Positions 35,913 to 41,304 of a DNA stretch of 41,304 nucleotides are shown in pieces. The position numbers and the translations under genes are program-made. Numbering within the stretch: position 1 is the stretch's first letter; the number at the start of each line of letters is the position of its first letter. This DNA is from Candidatus Micrarchaeota archaeon (GTDB taxonomy: Archaea > Micrarchaeota > Micrarchaeia > Anstonellales > Bilamarchaeaceae). Below the pieces are notes generated by a model. The model was given only the letters and a program-made list of their open reading frames with translations. It had not been told where the DNA came from and searched no databases. The DNA lies in contig JBBSVO010000013.1 in NCBI GenBank assembly GCA_038046805.1, forward strand, positions 1 through 41,304, written 5' to 3'.

Positions 35913-38900
35913 ATGCCTTCTTACAGATTCAGAAGAATAGCCGTAGCCATAGCTACGGCGTTAATATTCAATTCCGTCCAGCCACCTGTCCTAGCAGAGG
36001 GTTTAAATACCTTAGGCGGTAGATTATATAATATTGGTGGTTTAATGAGGCCAGCAGTGGTTGGTAGACTCGCAGGAATTCTCCCGATTGGTCAAGTTCC
36101 GACAGAAGCCGAGCAGAGGCTCCGCGAGATTGAGGATACTCTAAAAAAGCTGGCAGACGGGACGCTTAAGCTGAAGGTAAAGGAAGGTTTTAAAGACAAG
36201 TTTGAAAGTCTTCCGTCACAAAGACTAAACAACCTACTTGGTATTATGCCTGACAATCAAACAATCCAAAACATAAAAAAACTAATCTCTGAAAATAACC
36301 GCGCCGGAATCGTATTCGGTTTTGCCTATTGTTTTCTAGTATCACATATGCGAAACGCCAATCAAAACGCACGTAACTTCGCTTTTGATTACTCTAATAT
36401 GGAAAATTATGAAGTTGTGACAAGCCAGCTTTCGGCTGTTCCTTCTCCAATCCCATCCCCAATTGAATATCTCCCTGCAATGCCCACACGAGAAGAACGA
36501 CCTCCAGTGGTAGAATCAACCACCACAAGTGATGAGCGCGTTGAAGAGGCGAAAAAAGAACTTAAGAGTAAGATCTCTCAAATCAAAACTATTCTTTCCG
36601 GAAGAGAACTTCTTAGCGATGATACTTCAAAACAGCTTAAGACATGGGAAGATCGAATAGGGAAGATTCCGGGTAAGGGCGCAGATGCTGAGAACCAAAT
36701 CCGTCGTTTATATCTGGAAATCCCGGAAGTAAGTGAGGTTCGAAGCCTTGCTAATATCTCAGCAAAAGTAATTGCAGCTGCAAATCTTGCTTTTTACGAT
36801 GAGACGGGCACGAATATAATGCTTGATAAACTTGGGAAGCAGTTTGATACGCTGGCAGCATCTTATACAGCTTTTAAGTCATCCACTAACTTCCTGACTG
36901 GTGTAATACTCAATTCCATGAAAAAGGACCATCTGTTTTTTGAATTTTCCAAAGTCAGCGGGCTAGATACGAATTCACTTCCTGGCATTGCATTTGCTAT
37001 AAAATCCTATGTAACTGGCAGGGCCGAGGTTCGTTTTGCATTCCAAAACGCGTTGAAATCCGCATCAAAAGACGAAGCAATTTCTGGTCTTCAACAGGCT
37101 ATTTCAAGCTGCGTGGCTAGGTTCGGTTCAATCGCTCCGTTGGACGAACTTGTAGATTTACGGGCTTTGGGTGCATCAAAGAACGATACCGTGGAGTATC
37201 TCGTAGGATGGATAAATAATAATTACGGAGACATTTCATATGGGCGTAACGCGTTCTTTAGCATCGGCGGTGCGCAGTTAAGCTCGCTTTCCGAATCTGA
37301 CAGTGAAACTGCTAACGCGGCCTGGGGCTCAAATCCGCTTGTCGGGGAAGGCGCGGTTACAGGTGCATATGCAGAGCGCCTTGATGAATTTTACGGAAAA
37401 GCAACGATGATTGATTATTTTTATCTTGGAAAAGCCGTAACTAAAATAATTCCTTCGGGTCTCGGAAGCCCTGTGGTTTATACAGCGCTTCTCGGCACAA
37501 CTATTTCCATAGATCAATTTGACCCGTATCTGTTGCCAACGTTTGTCAATGTCCTTTTACCGGAAATGGTTCGCAATTCCTATGACTCCGACGAACTGGA
37601 GCAGCTTCTTATTTCGTTGGATGGGTTCTTTTACAATATGAGAAATTCTCTCGGCGAATTCAATGTTGTTCCAAAAGAAGTCCGTGAGAACATGCAGGGT
37701 ATAATGAAGGACGCGGCAAAGGAAATCTCAGACACACGTTTAAACATCACCAAAGGAAATTTAATGGAGGAATGGCAAAAGCCGGCTGGACTCACCGGGC
37801 ATCGCGACCCAAATTACTATCTTACAAGACCACAGTTTGAAGGCTATGAAACAAAATGGTTCCCTTCACAAGGTCCGGCAAAGCCGCATCTCCTGGACCT
37901 CGACCCCGGACTGACCGGCGTAGCATACGATCCGTTTGGTTTGACTCTTCAGATGCCAATGCGGGCTAGAGGTGCCTCCAAGCTCTACGGATATCTAGAT
38001 AGCCTTCTTAATCCGCAATATGCGTTTGCAGAGTTCAGAGAAATCCCAGCGTCTTATCGTTTGCGTGTGTCATCTTTCCAGGACGTGGTGTCCTCATTGA
38101 ATAAAATGCAGGGGCGCATGCTGGCATATCTTTCAAGCCACCCCTATTCCGACGAGGTTCTTGAAGCGTTTGCACAATTCACTGCGTATGGACGGACGCC
38201 TTTACCAGATGCCGGCACCACAGATAAATTTGAGCATGTTGGTGCGCTTGGAGGCGGAGGTGTTGCCACGCCAGAAGGTGCAGCTCAGGTTCGCGGGAGG
38301 ATGGAAAAAATCGGAACCACCACTAGATATGAAGTTACGGAAAGCGCTTCAAAGGTTCCTGCCCCTCTTATTGGCAATAATATTCATTCCATGAATATGC
38401 GATTTCAGGGAAGGACCGAGCAGGATATGAAGAACTGGGAGGAAAACCAGCAGGCTTATACTGCACTTGAGCTCATGAAAAGAGGCGGTGCGAATGCGAT
38501 AATGACCTGGGAATACCAGTCGGTTGTTCCAGAAAAGTCAACGGATTACGAAAAAGAAAGATATGAAGTCGCATTGCATGTTTTGGAAGAAGATGGAACA
38601 GTAACTCGTTTTGCCCTGAAGTACGATGATTATGTGAAAATCCTCAATTATTCGTTCGGAGAAAGAGATGCGCAAAAATATATTGCAAGTGCCAAATACC
38701 TCACGGAAATGAATGATTTGAACGGTGCCGCGGTTGGCTTTACGCTTGATGACGTCGGCGTGCTCGCCCTCAGAAATCACATGTATCGCTATTTTCAGGA
38801 TAAAAAAATTGCAACACAAAATCTGGAGGTTGTCGGAGTCCAGCTCGGAAAATCTGCCGGGAAATTATTTGCAACCTATAAAGATACCATTCTAATGCCA

Positions 38901-40427
38901 CGTGTGTTTGCCGGGGAACAGCCAACAGAGGAGACCGTGCTTGCAAAAGGAGTTGAGGCAAAATGGGTGAAGCTTCCGCCAACCCAAAACGACTGGGGTG
39001 CGCTCGCAAAGGCATTCGTGTCAAAGTCTGATATAGAAACATGGGATGGAATCTATGGGACGTATGGGGTACGAGGAATCTATGAGTCACCTGCTTCTGA
39101 CAAAGTCCAGGATGCATGGGGCGGATCGGCGTATCGCAGAAGTGTTGTTCCACTCTTTAGAATGGTGCAACTCTCTTCCGAAGCGGATCAATACGCGCAA
39201 AGAGTTACGAATTATCTTGTAGACGCATACCACTGGGAAAAAGAAAAGGCAAACAAATATGGGTGGCTGGTTGCCGCTCAATACCTTCGTTCAGCTGTTG
39301 ATTCGGTTGTTGGCGGCGAGTCAAAGGACGAAAAAGCAAGAAACTTTGGAAGACTGGTGTTCCTCGGATGGACCGCTGCGCACAGCGGACAGCTTGGACT
39401 TGAAAAATTGCCTGGCTGGGCACGAATTGACGAGGAAATGAAAAATTTTGAACGTGAGCTCGTCTTAATGCCATATAATTCCGAGGCTATAGTGACTAAT
39501 TACGTGGAAAGAATAAATCAGCTTGCCAAGTCAGACCTTTACAGGTTAGCATTAAACTATGGTTATGATAATCGTGTTCTTTTGATGAATTATGTTGAGA
39601 ACTATGATGATTACTATGCAGGAAGAGGAGAGAATCTTGCTTTCCTGACAAATTCGCTTTATTTCGGAGCGACGTGGCAGATATACTCCTTCATGAATAC
39701 ATATGCACAAACGAATTCCTTCCTTGCTTATGGTCTTGCGACCATTGGTTACGTTGATGTTTTCAGGGCAATGGCCGGCCCGGTTTTCACAAAGGATGAA
39801 GTGGTTGGTGCAGCTGGCCAGTTGCTGGTAAAGATAAAGCTCGGGGAAGTTCCAATCATAATCGGTGGCATGGGTATGAAAGTAGATATGAAACACGTGG
39901 AACAAACACGTTTACAACTGGTTCTCAGTTCCCAACTTGTTGATGCTGCGATTACACACAGGACAATAACTTCGGTTTATGTCAAGTTTGATTGGACAAA
40001 GGGCATCGCATATCTTATTGATAAGACGGAATATGAAGATATGTACGGCCAGGCAGGAGTTACTGTGGAAAAACAAGACCTGAAGAATTATAGCTCGGCA
40101 TTTGATGCTGCTGTTAAGGTCGGTCAGGTAAGCGTGGCAAGATTTTCAAAATATGCTACCGGAGCTGGCGAGGAAGTGGTTACCTCAACTTCTACAGAGC
40201 AAACATCTGGTACCGGAGGAGTAGTTTATACTCTTGGCACCCCCGTAGGAGACTTTTCCATAGGTGCTTATGGTGGCAGAGGCGTTTATGGATATCTTTA
40301 TCCGTTTGGGGCGTCTGTTGCTTCGGATCTTCAACGTGTCATTACGCCAAATTGGCTTAGCATAGATCCAAAGCTTTATGAGAGATGGTTTGGCGGAGCA
40401 TTTGTGACTTATACCACAACATTCTGA
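35913..40427 (+). CDS. Giant secreted protein (~1504 aa) with a helical N-terminal half and a beta-strand-rich, beta-barrel-like C-terminal half
   Basis: Start moved to ATG 35913, which gives the signal peptide MPSYRFRRIAVAIATALIFNSVQPPVLA; ends WFGGAFVTYTTTF. Confidence 0.8.
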   Translation: MPSYRFRRIAVAIATALIFNSVQPPVLAEGLNTLGGRLYNIGGLMRPAVVGRLAGILPIGQVPTEAEQRLREIEDTLKKLADGTLKLKVKEGFKDKFESLPSQRLNNLLGIMPDNQTIQNIKKLISENNRAGIVFGFAYCFLVSHMRNANQNARNFAFDYSNMENYEVVTSQLSAVPSPIPSPIEYLPAMPTREERPPVVESTTTSDERVEEAKKELKSKISQIKTILSGRELLSDDTSKQLKTWEDRIGKIPGKGADAENQIRRLYLEIPEVSEVRSLANISAKVIAAANLAFYDETGTNIMLDKLGKQFDTLAASYTAFKSSTNFLTGVILNSMKKDHLFFEFSKVSGLDTNSLPGIAFAIKSYVTGRAEVRFAFQNALKSASKDEAISGLQQAISSCVARFGSIAPLDELVDLRALGASKNDTVEYLVGWINNNYGDISYGRNAFFSIGGAQLSSLSESDSETANAAWGSNPLVGEGAVTGAYAERLDEFYGKATMIDYFYLGKAVTKIIPSGLGSPVVYTALLGTTISIDQFDPYLLPTFVNVLLPEMVRNSYDSDELEQLLISLDGFFYNMRNSLGEFNVVPKEVRENMQGIMKDAAKEISDTRLNITKGNLMEEWQKPAGLTGHRDPNYYLTRPQFEGYETKWFPSQGPAKPHLLDLDPGLTGVAYDPFGLTLQMPMRARGASKLYGYLDSLLNPQYAFAEFREIPASYRLRVSSFQDVVSSLNKMQGRMLAYLSSHPYSDEVLEAFAQFTAYGRTPLPDAGTTDKFEHVGALGGGGVATPEGAAQVRGRMEKIGTTTRYEVTESASKVPAPLIGNNIHSMNMRFQGRTEQDMKNWEENQQAYTALELMKRGGANAIMTWEYQSVVPEKSTDYEKERYEVALHVLEEDGTVTRFALKYDDYVKILNYSFGERDAQKYIASAKYLTEMNDLNGAAVGFTLDDVGVLALRNHMYRYFQDKKIATQNLEVVGVQLGKSAGKLFATYKDTILMPRVFAGEQPTEETVLAKGVEAKWVKLPPTQNDWGALAKAFVSKSDIETWDGIYGTYGVRGIYESPASDKVQDAWGGSAYRRSVVPLFRMVQLSSEADQYAQRVTNYLVDAYHWEKEKANKYGWLVAAQYLRSAVDSVVGGESKDEKARNFGRLVFLGWTAAHSGQLGLEKLPGWARIDEEMKNFERELVLMPYNSEAIVTNYVERINQLAKSDLYRLALNYGYDNRVLLMNYVENYDDYYAGRGENLAFLTNSLYFGATWQIYSFMNTYAQTNSFLAYGLATIGYVDVFRAMAGPVFTKDEVVGAAGQLLVKIKLGEVPIIIGGMGMKVDMKHVEQTRLQLVLSSQLVDAAITHRTITSVYVKFDWTKGIAYLIDKTEYEDMYGQAGVTVEKQDLKNYSSAFDAAVKVGQVSVARFSKYATGAGEEVVTSTSTEQTSGTGGVVYTLGTPVGDFSIGAYGGRGVYGYLYPFGASVASDLQRVITPNWLSIDPKLYERWFGGAFVTYTTTF

Positions 40428-40460
40428 TCGTTTTTTGTTAATATTTATTTTGTTAAATAT

Positions 40461-40836
40461 ATGACTATCATCAAGTCGGTAAGAGTACCTGGCTTTTTGA
40501 GCCAGGGTGAATTGCCGACCGACTTGATGAGCGTTCTTCAACTGCGAAGCAGTTGGAGAGACGGCGAACTCTGTTCGCTGGATTTTCGAATGGGCAGCAT
40601 ACCCCGCGCTTGCGCGGGGTTCCGAGCATCAGCGAGGACTGCCCTTCGAAAAATCTGATATGAAACCACGAAAATAATGCAGTCATCTTGAGCACCAAGT
40701 CTCTGAAATCCGCACTCGTGGTTTGATATGTAGTGAGACGCGAAAGTTCATGATTGTCCGACGGCTCGGACAATATGCATCTTTTTGCTTTAAGCAAACA
40801 GATTGTCGCAAAACTTTCGTGGATCGCTATAGTTAT
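40461..40836 (+). ncRNA. Candidate large structured non-coding RNA or palindromic element of unknown family
   Basis: More than 12 helices, a terminal closing stem (40461-40468 / 40829-40836), G-U wobbles favouring the + strand, and AT-rich TATA-like sequence upstream. Confidence 0.55.
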
Positions 40837-41222
40837 TTTCCCCTCATTTCCAGTTTTGGTGGCATAAATGGTGACGCCATATTAAGTGCCCGTGAGATAA
40901 ATACTCCATTTAATCCCGCAGTCATATTTATTGCATTGAGCAACGGACCCATAATTTGAGGTAGAATCGACTTGTTTTTCTTCCACCCGTCCATCACGCT
41001 TTTTATTATAGTTAATTTTTCCCCGACTGCCGCGGTGCCGAATATTTTCAGATATCCTAACTTTGGATGATAAGTTGTTTCGTAGGTGAATTTAAATTTC
41101 AATTCATCTCCTGAGAACCCAACATCATTTATTCTTATATTCACTTCTATATTCTGCGGAATTCCGATACCTTCTTTCTTTGCTTCGGTTCCTTCAAGGA
41201 GTATTGCGCGTATTTCAGTCAT
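40833..41222 (-). CDS. Conserved-looking archaeal hypothetical protein (possible SecB-like fold)
   Basis: ATG 41222 after GGTGAT; four beta-strand-like segments followed by helices ending ISRALNMASPFMPP. Confidence 0.65.
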   Translation of the reverse strand: MTEIRAILLEGTEAKKEGIGIPQNIEVNIRINDVGFSGDELKFKFTYETTYHPKLGYLKIFGTAAVGEKLTIIKSVMDGWKKNKSILPQIMGPLLNAINMTAGLNGVFISRALNMASPFMPPKLEMRGK

Positions 41223-41304
41223 ACATATCACCCAGTATCCTTCACCTGTCACAGTTAAAAATCTCACTTTTCTATTCTTTCCTTCTCACATTCTTCCCTC
41301 GTTC

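Noticed and set aside
40461..40797. ORFs 40461..40658 (+) and 40471..40797 (-)
   Set aside because: No protein motifs, and they overlap a region fully explained by base-pairing
40461..40836. RNase P RNA, SRP RNA or tRNA identity for the structured region
   Set aside because: I found no GAGGAAAGUCC-type P4 strand with a matching 3' strand, no SRP helix-8 motif and no T-loop/cloverleaf on either strand. A highly divergent version cannot be excluded without Infernal.
1..41304. Transposase, integrase, phage, rRNA or tRNA genes
   Set aside because: No recognisable motifs were seen in the window

Overview
Archaeal genomic window. It has GGTGA-type Shine-Dalgarno motifs, TATA boxes 20-30 nt before many starts, and archaeal-type PdaD, DHH/RecJ, Prs and phosphohexomutase. 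A DPANN/Micrarchaeota-like origin is inferred, not proven. The left half (1-23.2 kb) is a surface-glycan locus. It holds a pseudaminic-acid-type nonulosonate pathway (PseB-, PseC-, PseH- and PseI-like genes and an SpsF-like cytidylyltransferase), GT2/GT4 glycosyltransferases, a flippase and epimerases. Interleaved with it is a carrier-protein module that is unusual for archaea: ACP, AcpS, an adenylation enzyme, a DmpG-like aldolase, a PLP aminotransferase, an AAC(3)-fold acyltransferase, a DUF4910 peptidase-like protein, a cyclase, a VOC protein and a methyltransferase. The right half has housekeeping genes and a co-oriented 10.8 kb cluster of orphan proteins. These include a repeat/ankyrin membrane protein, two secreted paralogues with an identical upstream motif, and a ~1500 aa protein whose C-terminal half reads like an outer-membrane beta-barrel ending in Phe. 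Signals missing from the ORF track are two abutting convergent genes that each carry one in-frame stop (TGA, TAG), and three highly base-paired intergenic elements (16.3, 25.5, 40.5-40.8 kb). The last element is a candidate ~375 nt closed multibranch ncRNA. All calls come from motif reading by eye; no database search was run.
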